From: the human T2T-CHM13v2.0 reference genome, Homo sapiens
Strand: one strand, 5' to 3'
NCBI RefSeq assembly: GCF_009914755.1
Contig: NC_060928.1
Length of the DNA stretch: 64,000 nucleotides
A model generated the notes under the pieces. That model searched no databases, was not told the origin of the DNA, and saw only the letters and a program-made list of their open reading frames with translations. A program made the position numbers and the translations under genes. Position 1 is the first letter of the stretch. Each line of letters opens with the position of its first letter. Below are positions 21,462-33,569 of this stretch, in pieces.

Positions 21462-21955
21462 TACTAACTTTTATCTTAGAAATATAGATCATTATGCATT
21501 GGGTTTTTTCAAAGGGGGAACACTTTAGTGAACAATAGTTTACTTGACCTTTAGTTGGAAAAGAAAACTAATGGTGGAGAATTTTCTTTGGCTGGGAGAA
21601 TTTGGTAGATTGAGAGAAAGGAAGAACATCAATACTGCATTTTTACTTGACATTTACCCTGTAGATCCTCCTAGAGGTTCGATGCCCCCAAGACATTCCA
21701 ACACTGAGCTGTTTCTTCTCCAGGTCTTAAGCTTTGAATACAAGCTATACCAGCACATCTAAAATCGGTCTCTACATTTTTCCATCTTAAATATGAGCTG
21801 TCCAGCTTAGTCAAAACTAACTGCAAAACACTGGGTGTACCATTTGAGTCATTTGGTCTTAAAAGAAACACTATTATCACTGTGTCACAGTTTGAGAGAT
21901 TTTCACTTAAGCATTTAAGTTGCAAACCACTACATATTTGTCCCATTAGTGACTA

Positions 21956-22344
<389 letters not shown>

Positions 22345-23733
22345 GCTTGAAATACCTTCCCCTTAAGATCACAATATTGTCATATGCTACCATTTGACTC
22401 ACAACTGCTGTCTTAGGACTGCTTATTTACATATATATGTATTAAGACACTTTGGTTAAAACAATTTATTAAATGTCTTAAATTTCTGGATATGTCCCTG
22501 AAAATACCATGAACTACTTCTAATACTGATAATTATGAATAAACGTAGCTGTTGATCACCTCAGGTTTTCATACAAACTGAACTAAGGTAGGGTTTTATC
22601 ATAGGGGACTTTTTGTTTCATTTAATGAAATTTTGATGTGTTGAACTGCTTTCCTGGTGTCAGAGAAACATGAGACCATCGCTCAATAATGGAAATAAAA
22701 AGGCAGAGCAGACTACTGATCTTAATAAAAGGAAAATTATTTGCTGTATCGTAGATGTGCACTGTAATTTCCATGTTAAAGAGGCACTGCATTTTTAAGA
22801 AATAAAATCACACATCTTATTTTTTCATTTCTAAATGGATATTGAACTAAGCTCTGAAGGCAAACTTAGCTGCCTATTTTTCCAAATATGTTCAGAATCA
22901 CATCTGAAACATCAAACTGATTATCAGACAATAAAGTGCCTGTTACTTTATTAAATAAAGGGGGACAGGATGACAGTGCAGATATCCTAGAAATATGCTT
23001 TAGAAGACATAGAAACGTTGTTAAATTGGATTTTATTAGTATGCAAATGTTCCCTTCCACCAACAACTATTAATGTGAAAAACTATATATAGCTAGCATT
23101 TTTTAAAATATCAAATACTGTCTCATTATCATATGTTTAGCCCCCCCAAAATTACATTTTAGACTCTTACTTTCTCTCCCTCTCCCCTTTCTTTAGCTCT
23201 TGTTTGTGTCTTGCCAAAGAAGTGTACCTAGTAAGGGAATGTTTCTTATTTGTGCCAAGGGACTATTGATGATGCTGTATAATGGCAAGATAGCATTTTG
23301 TAATACCTGCTTTTTTATATTTCTAATACAAATGGGCAAAGCTGTGAAACCAATTTACTAGGTTTTTCTGCTTTGGACATAATTGTACGTGTTAATTCTC
23401 TCTAAACAGTGCCTGGCACATATTACATGCTATAAAAGTGTTAGCTACTACTGCTACCATTTATTATTATCATTATTAAATATCCATTGGTTGAAAAACC
23501 AAGTAGTCAGCTAAATCATACCTGCTACTGTACAAAATGTAGGGGAAAAGCTGAGAAAAATCATTTATCAATAAACAGTTTTCAGAACAAGAATTTATAC
23601 TTTGGATATTTTTAAATTGTTAAATGTTATTGAAACTTTATGCACCAAAACTGTATGAAATAATTTAATTTTGCAGTTGTGTTTCTATATTCTATGTAAT
23701 TAAAGCTACTTTTATACTATATTGATAGTTTTA

Positions 23734-23739
23734 AATAAA
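23734..23739 (+). terminator. Candidate distal INTU poly(A) signal
   Basis: AATAAA followed by a CA at 23761-23762 and GT/T-rich sequence (gttgtattgcctttttc). Confidence 0.5.
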
Positions 23740-23779
23740 ACTGGTTTGGAGGTTTGTTTGCAGTTGTATTGCCTTTTTC

Positions 23780-24100
23780 ATGCATTCATCCAACATGTAT
23801 TTATTGCATTTCTACCCTGTGCCAAGCGCTGATGTGGAGGCAGAGGCTATAGCAATGAATAAAACAGCTAAAAATTCCTGCCCTCATGGAGTTTATGTTC
23901 CAATGGGAGAGGCATACCACAGACAAGATAAATAAGTAAAATATGTAAATGCTGAGAGAAAAAATCGTAAAGCAAGAGAAGGGGATGTAAGATGTGGCAG
24001 ACAGGGTGACCAAGGAAAGGGATGCTGAGCTGACTGCAGACCTGAAGTGAGGAAACTAATCATGCTGATTTCTCCGGAGAGCAAAGTGAACAGAACAAAG
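23780..24100 (-). mobile_element. L2 fragment
   Basis: cattcatccaacatgtatttattg...aaaattcctgccctcatggagtttat. Confidence 0.75.
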
Positions 24101-24250
24101 ATCCAGAAACTCTACTTTTAATGTTAACATAAATCACTAGAATTTTTTTCCTTCCCTAATCAGTAAGTAAAATCAATGCAGTAAATTACTCAGTTTCAGC
24201 TCCGACCTATTGAAGAGTTGATTTAGTGCTTTTAATAAGGTTAAAAAGCT

Positions 24251-24544
24251 ACTGGGCGCGGTGACTCACTACTGTAATCCCAGCACTTTGAAAGGCTGAG
24301 GCGGAAGAACTGCTTGAGTCCATGAGTTCAAGACAAGCTTGGGCTTGTCTTGATATGGAGACCCCATCTCCACAAAAAATTTTTAAAATTAGCTGGATAT
24401 GGTGGTCTTTGCCTGTAGTCCTAGCTACTTGGGAGGCTGAGGTGGGAGAATTACATGAGCCCAGGAGTTCAAGGCTTCAGTGTGCCATGATCTTGCCACT
24501 GCATTCCAGTCTGGGTGCAGAGTGAGACCCTGTCTCAACAAAAA
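24251..24544 (+). mobile_element. AluJ
   Basis: Diverged dimer with J diagnostics. Confidence 0.88.
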
Positions 24545-25102
24545 GTTTTTTAAAAGGTTAACAAAGCTACATTTTTAAGTTGACACTTTCACTTTTGTCT
24601 GTCTTCTATCAATGAATACATGTCAGAAATAAGCTTGATATCATAAAGGAATATGATGTAAACATTGTCAGCTATCAAATCAAATGTTAGAGGAGGGTAG
24701 AAAGAGAAAGTTGCCCTGGGGAGCAGCAGAACACTTCCTTTCTGTCCTCAGAGATGGTTCCCTTACCTTTCTTGGATCTTAAAAAGACACTCTTACCTGT
24801 AGTGATTCAAGTAATTTCCCCCTTAAATTTCTCCGTATGTGCCTGCTAATGCTTCAAATTCCCTTGAAGGAGAACGAAACCTTTCATTTTTCAGATGTTT
24901 GCTAATAAAAAGCCAATTGTTTATTGAATTTACAATGAATTTGACAAAGGATTTTGAAGTCAATGCAATGGAAAGACTTTCAATTTTGTTTAAGCTTAAG
25001 AATTAATTAATTAATGCTTTAGACACATTAATCTGGCTGCTGCATGTGAAAGAGAGAAACAGAGATTCGAGTTGGAAAACCCAGTTAAGAGTTGAATAAG
25101 CC

Positions 25103-25386
25103 GGTCGGGCGTGGTGGCTCATGCCTGTAATCCCAGCACTTTGGGAGGCCGAGGCGGGTGGATCACTTGAGGTCAGGAGTTTGAGACCAGCCTGGCCAAC
25201 ATGGTGAAACCCTGTCTCCACTAAAAATACAAAACTTAGCTGGGTGTTGTGGTGGATGCCTGTAATCCCAGCCATTTGGGAGGCGGAGGCAGGAGAATTG
25301 CTTGAAACCCGGGTTTCAGTGAGCCAATATTGCACCACTGCATTCCAGCCTGGGCAACAGAGCGAGACTCTGTCTCAAAAAAAAAG
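25103..25386 (+). mobile_element. AluS
   Basis: TSD gttgaataagcc on both sides. Confidence 0.94.
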
Positions 25387-25874
25387 GTTGAATAAGCCAC
25401 CATGGAAAGGAAGTAGCACCAAACATATGATATCAGTAGGACTTGCCAACTGATTTTATGTGAGGTAATCAAAATATTGACAACATTCCTGGTCTGGAAT
25501 CCTTCTGACCTAAATGGTTTTTTACTAGTGACAAGTACTAGTAGAAGGGTTATAACACATAAGACAAAGGAAAAATTAGAACCTAACATTCAAAAAAAGC
25601 TAAAAACTCATTTCACATTTTATAGATGTGTTGTAAGGCTCTGCAGGTCCTACAGAGTAAGAGGTGATAAGATGGGATCTCCATTTATTTCAAAACACCA
25701 AACGAGCTGTAAAAAGGGATATATTAAATGCTACTATAGAAGGATCTCCACGATATATTCAGTGAAAAAAGTGAGGTGAAAGAAAAAGACAAATGTTATG
25801 TACAGGCTAGACGTACCTCTACTGAGTATTTTTGCCGAAAGAAGTCAAACCTGAATCTGCCAACCTCCTCTAAA

Positions 25875-26595
25875 TGAGTTCTCAAAGTGCAGTTTAGAAA
25901 ACCCCTCTGTGTCACGGAGACAGGAACACCATGAAGTCAAAGGTATTTTCTTAAATGATACTATTATTTGCCTTTTTCACTTTCATTCTGTCCTGAATAA
26001 ACAGTGGAGTTTTCCAGTGGCTACATGTATGATATCACAACAGACTGAATGCAAAAGCAGTAATGTGAATCTAGCTGTCTTTTATTAAATCAGACATTAG
26101 AGATTCAAAAATATAAAACAATACTATTTTTCTACTACATTTTTTATTTAAAAGTCGTACTTATGCTATCCTGTAATGGATTATTTTTATTTTAAATGAA
26201 TTAAATATTTTTAAATCGTGTTTTAATTTCTGAGTGGTAAATGCCAATATACATAATAAAAACGGAAGCTTCATTGTGTCTTCAATAATTTTTTTTAAGA
26301 GACAGGGTCCTGCTCTGTTGCCCAGGCTGGAGCACAGTGGTGAGATAATAACTCACTGCAGCCTACAACTCCAGGGCTCAAGCATTTCTCCTGTCTTAGC
26401 CTCCTAAGTAGCTATACTTAGGACTACAGGCTTGTGCAGCCACGCCCAGCTATTTTTTTTTTTGTAAAGGAGGGGTCTCACTATGTTGCCCAGGCTGGAC
26501 TTGGCCCAAAGTTTTGGGATTACTGGTACCTGGCCTTCAATAATTTTTCAGAGTGAAAAAGAGGGGTCCTGCAATCGAAAAGTTTGTGAACTACT
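25875..26595. mobile_element. hAT-Charlie DNA transposon interrupted by an Alu
   Basis: agttctcaaagtg start, aagtttgtgaactact end (TIR-like); internal cagtggagttttccag..gctacatg. Confidence 0.65.
26288..26535 (-). mobile_element. AluJ, internally deleted
   Basis: TSD cttcaataattttt on both sides. Confidence 0.88.
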
Positions 26596-26619
26596 CTTCT
26601 AGATAGGTCATTGGCCCTC

Positions 26620-26805
26620 AACCCTAGAATTAGAATTACTTCAAACACTAGAATTACCTGGAGAATTTAAATACTGATGCCAGGCCTCACTTCTAGACGT
26701 TCTGATTTAATGTGCAGGGCCTAATCCCAAGCATCAATTTGAAAAACAAAACAAAACACCCCTCATCCCCTTGAATGTGCAGTCTGGATTGAGAACCACT
26801 GCTCT
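26620..26805. mobile_element. MER5-like hAT element
   Basis: agaattacctggag...ttctgatttaat...ggattgagaaccactg. Confidence 0.6.
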
Positions 26806-27323
26806 GGATATTATCAATTTAAATACAATATGAAAAAGAGGAACATGTATTATGCTATGGGGGCACAATCATCAAAACGACACAGAAAGTGACTAGACAA
26901 AGGATCCCTGCTTAATTAAAGGAACAGATTAAAGCAATTTCCAAGGGAATTTGAAGCATTAACAGGCACATAGGGTGAAATTTAAGGGGAACATCACTTG
27001 AATCACACAACAGGTAAGACTGTCTTTTTTAAGATGCCAAGAAAGGTCAAAGGAACCATCTCTGGTCAAAAAAAACGTAACGGATTAAAGCGATTAAGAA
27101 AGTGAAGGGGGTAACACTAGGAACTAAAACTAAATTCTGTTAATCTCACACCGCTGGTTTACTGCTCTGGCCTAGTCTCAGCTACTAAATTTCTTCACAC
27201 AGAACTGGCTCTCCTGGGCCCCTCCCCTCGCCTTTCCTGCTCAATGCTCACCGCCTCCGGACCCCTCCCTCATCAGAAAGCCCAGGCTCCGCTCGTAGAA
27301 GTGCGCAGGCGTCACCGCGCATC

Positions 27324-27378
27324 CAGGAGCCACGTGTCAGGAGTCACGTGTCAGGTGTCACGTGTCAGGCGTCACGTG
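27324..27378 (+). promoter_or_regulatory. Tandem array of four CACGTG E-boxes, 14-bp period
   Basis: CACGTG at 27331, 27345, 27359 and 27373; unit CAGG(A/T/C)G(T/C)CACGTGT. Confidence 0.9.
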
Positions 27379-27394
27379 GCTGGAGGCCGTTGGA

Positions 27395-27405
27395 GCGCCT
27401 GCGCA
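27395..27405 (+). promoter_or_regulatory. NRF1 motif, with an inverted partner at 27302-27311
   Basis: GCGCCTGCGCA; TGCGCAGGCG at 27302-27311 is the exact reverse complement of 27396-27405. Confidence 0.7.
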
Positions 27406-27570
27406 GCTTTTCCGCACGCGCCTCGCCGGCGCGCGGCTCTCTCAGCGTCCCAAGAGCCACTTTCTCGCCAGTACGATGCTGCAGCGGTTTTCCGGTTTTC
27501 CGCTTCCCTTCATCGTAGCTCCCGTACTCATTTTTAGCCACTGCTGCCGGTTTTTATATCCTTCTCCATC

Positions 27571-27802
27571 ATGCATCGTGAGCCTGCGAAAAAGAAGGCA
27601 GAAAAGCGGCTGTTTGACGCCTCATCCTTCGGGAAGGACCTTCTGGCCGGCGGAGTCGCGGCAGCTGTGTCCAAGACAGCGGTGGCGCCCATCGAGCGGG
27701 TGAAGCTGCTGCTGCAGGTGCAGGCGTCGTCGAAGCAGATCAGCCCCGAGGCGCGGTACAAAGGCATGGTGGACTGCCTGGTGCGGATTCCTCGCGAGCA
27801 GG
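27571..27802 (+). CDS. SLC25A31: ADP/ATP translocase 4 (ANT4), coding exon 1
   Basis: [51 protein letters not shown]...; carrier motif PIERVK; ANT4-type N-terminal extension; donor G|gtgcgt; 232 nt. Confidence 0.97.
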
Positions 27803-28445
27803 GTGCGTCAAGGCAGGCCGCCCCGACAGCCTCTCCCGGCGCCCTCGTCAGCTTCCCAGAGAAGAGGGTGGCTGGGAGGGGCATGATTGTGGGCCCCACA
27901 ACCACAGCTACAGCTGTCGGTGATGAATTTGCTTCTTACCCTTCCAGAATTTAGTTTCTGAACCTAACAGGCTCTGCTTTTCCAGGGCCGCGTTGGTCCT
28001 GACCAAGTCCTGGTACCGGGGAGACCACTGCCTTCTCTTTCTCTAAATCTGCAGTGCGATTTACACCTTGGTGCACCTGTGCCAGGTCCAGAAGGAAAGT
28101 GGTTGACCTCCCAGGATTGAGGGAGATGCCATTAGGCACTCTGCTATAACTAGTGCTCTAAGTTGCTTAAATATTTGTTGGTATAATCACCCCACTATGC
28201 TCCAGCATGGGCGACAGAGGAGACCTTGAGTCAAAATCTATATGTATATTTGTTGAAATAGTATGTCTAAGAGAAGTACAAATATGGGAGCACTAGGGCT
28301 TACCAGTACTCTGAAACCTATTAGTGAAAAGAGGTTCTGCTTATTCTACTGAAGACCAAGGGGGTACTTCGTTCTGCCCAAAATTCAAGGGGGCCCTAAA
28401 AAAAAAAAACCCAACCCTCAGTCATCAAGATAAAAAGTATTTTAA

Positions 28446-28720
28446 GGCCAGGCGCGGTGGCTCACGCCTATAATCCTAGCACTTTGGAAGGCCGAGGCGG
28501 GCGGATCACTTGAGCTCGAGCTCAGGAGTTCTAGACAAGCCTGACTAACATGGCGAAACCCAGTCTATGCTAAATATACAAAAATTAGCCGGGCGTGGTG
28601 GCGCACGCCTGCAGTCCCAGCTACTTGCGGGACCCTGATGCGGGGATTTCAGGGAGCCCAGATCGCGCCACCGCACTCCAGCCTGGATGAAGGAGTGAGA
28701 CCCTGTCTCAAAAAAACAAA
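28446..28720 (+). mobile_element. AluJ(b)-like, CpG-rich
   Basis: gagctcagg and gagaccctgtctc diagnostics; internal deletion in right arm. Confidence 0.88.
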
Positions 28721-28730
28721 CAAAACTTTA

Positions 28731-28837
28731 GGGTCCTTCCGTTTCCGAAGCCCCTCTCTTTCAACTAGAGAGAGAGCTGTTCTCCTTTCTCTTTATTTTT
28801 TCTATTAAACCTCCACTCCTAAAAACAGGAAAAAAAA
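28731..28837 (+). mobile_element. Short polyadenylated LTR-derived retrocopy inside an Alu tail
   Basis: ATTAAA 28804-28809; A-run from 28830; direct repeat aaaacttta at 28722-28730 and 28838-28846. Body resembles the 3' part of an ERV1 LTR. Confidence 0.6.
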
Positions 28838-29842
28838 AAAACTTTAAACTATTTTAATGCAATCTTTTAAAAATCAAGTCATGCAAAAGAATTCATAACA
28901 AACACAATATATACAAGTTTAAAATAAAGATGGGATCAGTATTACCAGTTTTTCTTTTTGCATCAAGCACTGTCCTTATTTAAAATTTCATTTTTGTTCA
29001 TCATTGATTTTTTCTATTAATATTGGAATGATTTAAAGAAATAACGAAAGTGCTTTGTGAACCATTGCTGCAAAATGGCTCCCAAGTTAGCTAAAGGGAT
29101 AAGTCTATCAGATATTTTATATAATCCACCCATATAGTTGGATTCAATAGAAAAATCTGTATGATCTTTTAAAAAGAAATAGACATTTATTGTGTATTCT
29201 CAAGAAATGAAGTGGCTTCAACTCCAGTGCAGACCTTTCTTTTAGTCCTGTTCTAGGGCCAGATACTGTCCCATTTAAAAAAGCACCTTGTACCCTAGGA
29301 ATGCTAGGGATGTGGTTACAACTCTTCCAGACCTGTGGCGTGGAGTATATGGGGTCAGGGGTAGAAACTTAATGCATCATCTGGGAGCTAAGCTCAGGTC
29401 TTTCATAGTTTGCCTCTCTCCACTCATTCATTTAATTAAAGCAAGCTTCTCATTTCCCCCAAGATTTTTTCAGGAAAAGCAAGGAACCTGTCTCTTCTTC
29501 GTTTATATTCTAAGACTTCTGAAGAGAAGTAGGGGCCTCTCTATTATTAGCTTTTCTGCTTCAAATATTTTGTCAGGTAAAATGAAGTATTCTGGTCAGA
29601 TAGGGCTGACTAGTGCTAATTTATTTCATATTTTAAATGTTTTTCACAATATTTAAACCTAAACGTATTCAATATGGCCCTTGTAAGTTGATATCATTCT
29701 CAGATGTATCCTGGTCCTTGCTTTAAGTTCCAAGATGAGAGGATCATAAGTAGAACTTGAAGATGTTTTCTATTATATATAAAGCTTTATGAAGGTACCA
29801 TGGTGTATCCTATGCTAAGAGATCAGTAATTTACAAGGATAC

Positions 29843-30660
29843 TATTGCCATCTAGAGGCAATTTCGGAAACTTGTGGGGCAATTTTTTTTTATTTAGCAC
29901 AAAGATAGAGGGGTATAATCCTACTTTACAATGGTATGAAAGGCAAGGGCCAGGAATGTTAAACGTCCTGCTGCTATATGCAGGCCAGTCATACATGATG
30001 AAGATTTATCCCGCAACCTGAATGACTTTTAGATCTCCCCTTCGATTTTCGTGTAGCAGTGAAACCTGTTTATGTTTCTCTAAGCCTAGAAATAACTTAA
30101 CTCTGATTTACTTATAAACACATTGTCTGGGGCATGATTTTAGTATACACTGATTCCAGTAATGCAGCTACCATATAAGGAAGTAGAAAAAAGATCGTAC
30201 TTTCTTCTGTTCAGAAGTTTACTAAGAGTTCATCATTGCAGAAACTCATGTCAGCAACTCTGCTTATAGTATTTGGTCATCATTTATACAGGTTGAGTAT
30301 CCGAAAAGCTTGGGACCAAAAGTTGTGGAATTTTTAATTTTTTCAGATTTTAGAATATTCTCATTATATTTACACATGAGCATCCCTAATCTAAAATCCA
30401 AAATGCTCTAATAAGCATTTCCTTTGCCCATGATGTCAGTGCTCAAAAAGTTTCAGATTTGGAGAATTTTGGATTTTTGGATTAGTGATGCTCAACCTGT
30501 GTCATCTGTATTTGTAGCTATTGAATCTATGATGATTGTATGTATACTTGTACACATATTTATTTGACGTATTTCAAAATGTCAATATGCAGTTAATTAC
30601 AACTGAATCGTTATAAGTAGAGGCAAGCTTGACTATTATATTTTTGGTATGGTCATGACC
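29843..30660. mobile_element. MER20B/Charlie-like hAT element interrupted by MER46
   Basis: gccatctagaggcaatttcggaaacttgtggggc...gggccaggaatgttaaacgtcctgc. Boundaries approximate. Confidence 0.5.
30289..30499. mobile_element. MER46/Tigger4-type MITE
   Basis: TIRs CAGGTTGAGTATC / GATGCTCAACCTG, preceded by TA. Confidence 0.85.
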
Positions 30661-31304
30661 TACCAACTTCCTTATTTTAAAACATAAATTTCTTGCAATT
30701 TGCCTTCTCTTTCTTTTTTGAAAGTCAAGACACATGCACATCTCAGGTGTCCTGAAGATTGTTTTTATGTTTTCTCTAATTTTATTCACAACTTTTCCTT
30801 TCTTTAGGCCATGTGAAATGAGCTGGAGAAAGAGATATGAACACAGAATGCACAACTAGATGCTCTCTAGTTTCTTACCTTATCTCTACTTTCTTTCCAT
30901 TACAAGAATAGATCTCTGCATTCTTGCCTTGAATATAGCTTTAAATATCACTTTGAGTGTTTCTGACACTTTTTATAAGCTTTTCTTGGCTTATGAAAGC
31001 TTCTGGATTTATCCTTATGTTGTTCTTAAAGATTTATTATATTCTTTAGTTGGTTTTATCACCTGCCAACTTTGTATGTGTACTTTTATTTAACACTGTT
31101 TAAACCTTTATTATGCAAATAATGCATAATTATTGTAGAAAATTAGAAAATATAAAGAAGCAAAAAGTAACATCACTGCTAAAGTCACCACAATTAACAT
31201 TTTGGTTTTTCACTGAGCAAAATATACATATGTAAATATGTGTTTAATCAAAGGAACTGTCTTATTAGTATATTGTAAATGTAGCCTTTTAAAGAACTGA
31301 TTTT

Positions 31305-31605
31305 CTGGGTGTGGTGGCTCATGCCTGTAATGCCAGCACTTTGGGAGGCAGAGGTGGGCAGATCACTTGAGGCCAGGAGTTCAAGACCAGCCTGGCCAAC
31401 ATGGTGAAACCCCGTCTCTACTAAAAATACAAAAATTAGCTGGGCATGGTGGCGCACGCCTATAGTCCCAGCTACCTGGGAAGCTGAAACACAAGAATCA
31501 CTTGAACCTGGGAAGCACAGGCTTCAGTGAGCCAAGATCGTGCCACTACACTCCATCCTGGGTACAGAGGAAGACTGTCTCAAAAAAAAAAAAAAAAAAA
31601 AAAAA
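31305..31605 (+). mobile_element. AluS
   Basis: Full dimer with long poly(A). Confidence 0.93.
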
Positions 31606-32790
31606 GATCCGTACAGTCTCATTTTTACAAGCCTATCCAAACTCTTCTCTTTTAGGAGTTCCGTGTCACGAGTTTATCAGCTTTCATCTAAGCTTTTCCC
31701 AAATCCATTTTTCTGAAGACTTAGAACAGTGAGGTTTTTTAATATCCTAGGGTCCATCTTGAAGATGCTATTTTGGGGTATGGGAAGAAAATATTAGGTA
31801 TTTTATTTATATGTACTTTAAGTAAAATACAAAAATAAATTTTACTGATATTTAATATATAAATTGGCATTGTCCCCTATGCTTGGGCCCAATGTCAGTT
31901 ACATATCACGGGACATTAAGGAATCCTGAAAAAAAGAGTGGGAGTTACACAAGGTAGAGGGAATGACAAGCACCCTTCCTCAATAATATATTATTGTTTA
32001 TGTTTGCCCAATTAACTGGATTTATAGATTCTATTATCAGGTTTTAACTAAATCCTCAAAACATGGACAAAACTTTGAAAAAGATTCTGCCGTGAAAACC
32101 AAATCAAGGGTAACACCAATATCAAATGATGAACCACAAGAAAAAGCTGATGCCATTTACTCCAAGAAATGGCGTATTATTTCATCATTCACATGACATT
32201 CAGTGTAGAAACAATGACAGTCTAATTGGACCTGAGACAAGAAGACTATTTGAAATATAGATTCCTATATACTATTCTTAAAAATGAACTTCACCCTAAC
32301 AGTGCCTTGAGATAATAGTAAATGGTGGTGTGAAAGCATCATAATTAGCAAGATGTTTGAAAATATTGTTTTTCATCTTTTAAATAAATGTTTAACTTTG
32401 CTCTAATATCATCTAACATTCAAGTTTCCCTAACAACCCTATCTAAATAGCCTTTTATTATTCCCAATCTTCATATATTGTTTTTTTGTTTACAGTTTTT
32501 TATTGCTAACAGACATAGTTATTTGCTACCTGTCTCCCTGGTCCCTCCCTCTTAAGATGTAAGCTCCATAAGATCAGGAACATTGTTCCTAGTGCTGTCC
32601 CCAGTAGGCACAAAATGTCTGCTGTGGAGGAGGTACCAAATAAAAGTTTTTAAATGAAAAATCTTTATCTCATTCTTTAATTTATATTTTGAGTATGTTT
32701 TACAGATGTACATAATATGGTAGTATAGTTGCAAAGGTATATAATTTATTAATGTATACTATTTGGAAGTCATGCAGACTTTTTTTTTAA

Positions 32791-33193
<403 letters not shown>

Positions 33194-33569
33194 ATGCCTA
33201 ACATTCTTGTTCTTGGCAAGGCCAGCCAATAAATGGCCCAGTAACTTTTTCCTGTCACTTTTATTTCAATTCTTATTTATTTGTTCAAAATTAGGTTCAG
33301 AGCAGGTTTTTCTCATCCTTCTTAAATTTTGAAGAAATTTTTTTCTTAGGAATTAGAAACTTAAACTTTTATTTATTTATTTTACTTTTAATGGAGAAAG
33401 AGGTCACCATCACTATATTTTTCTCTACCAATTTTGTGATATATATTAAGAAACCATCCATTTATTCTGTATGACTAGAGAGTCAAAACGTTCCTGCCAT
33501 TGTATCACTTCTGCTTTAACCTTGTTTTATTCTAACCAAAAAATACTGTTTTATCCAGAATGGATTTTT

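Larger units (their letters stand above)
27240..27860. promoter_or_regulatory. CpG island promoter and first exon region of SLC25A31
   Basis: Abrupt GC- and CpG-rich block in an AT-rich window, containing the ANT4 ATG. Confidence 0.92.

Noticed and set aside
27534-27905. 123-aa antisense ORF, and the 97-aa sense ORF 27244..27537
   Set aside because: Expected stop-poor shadow ORFs in a GC-rich island and coding exon; no recognisable protein features.
29288-29656. 122-aa ORF in ANT4 intron 1
   Set aside because: TTG start, no recognisable homology and no convincing splice boundaries.
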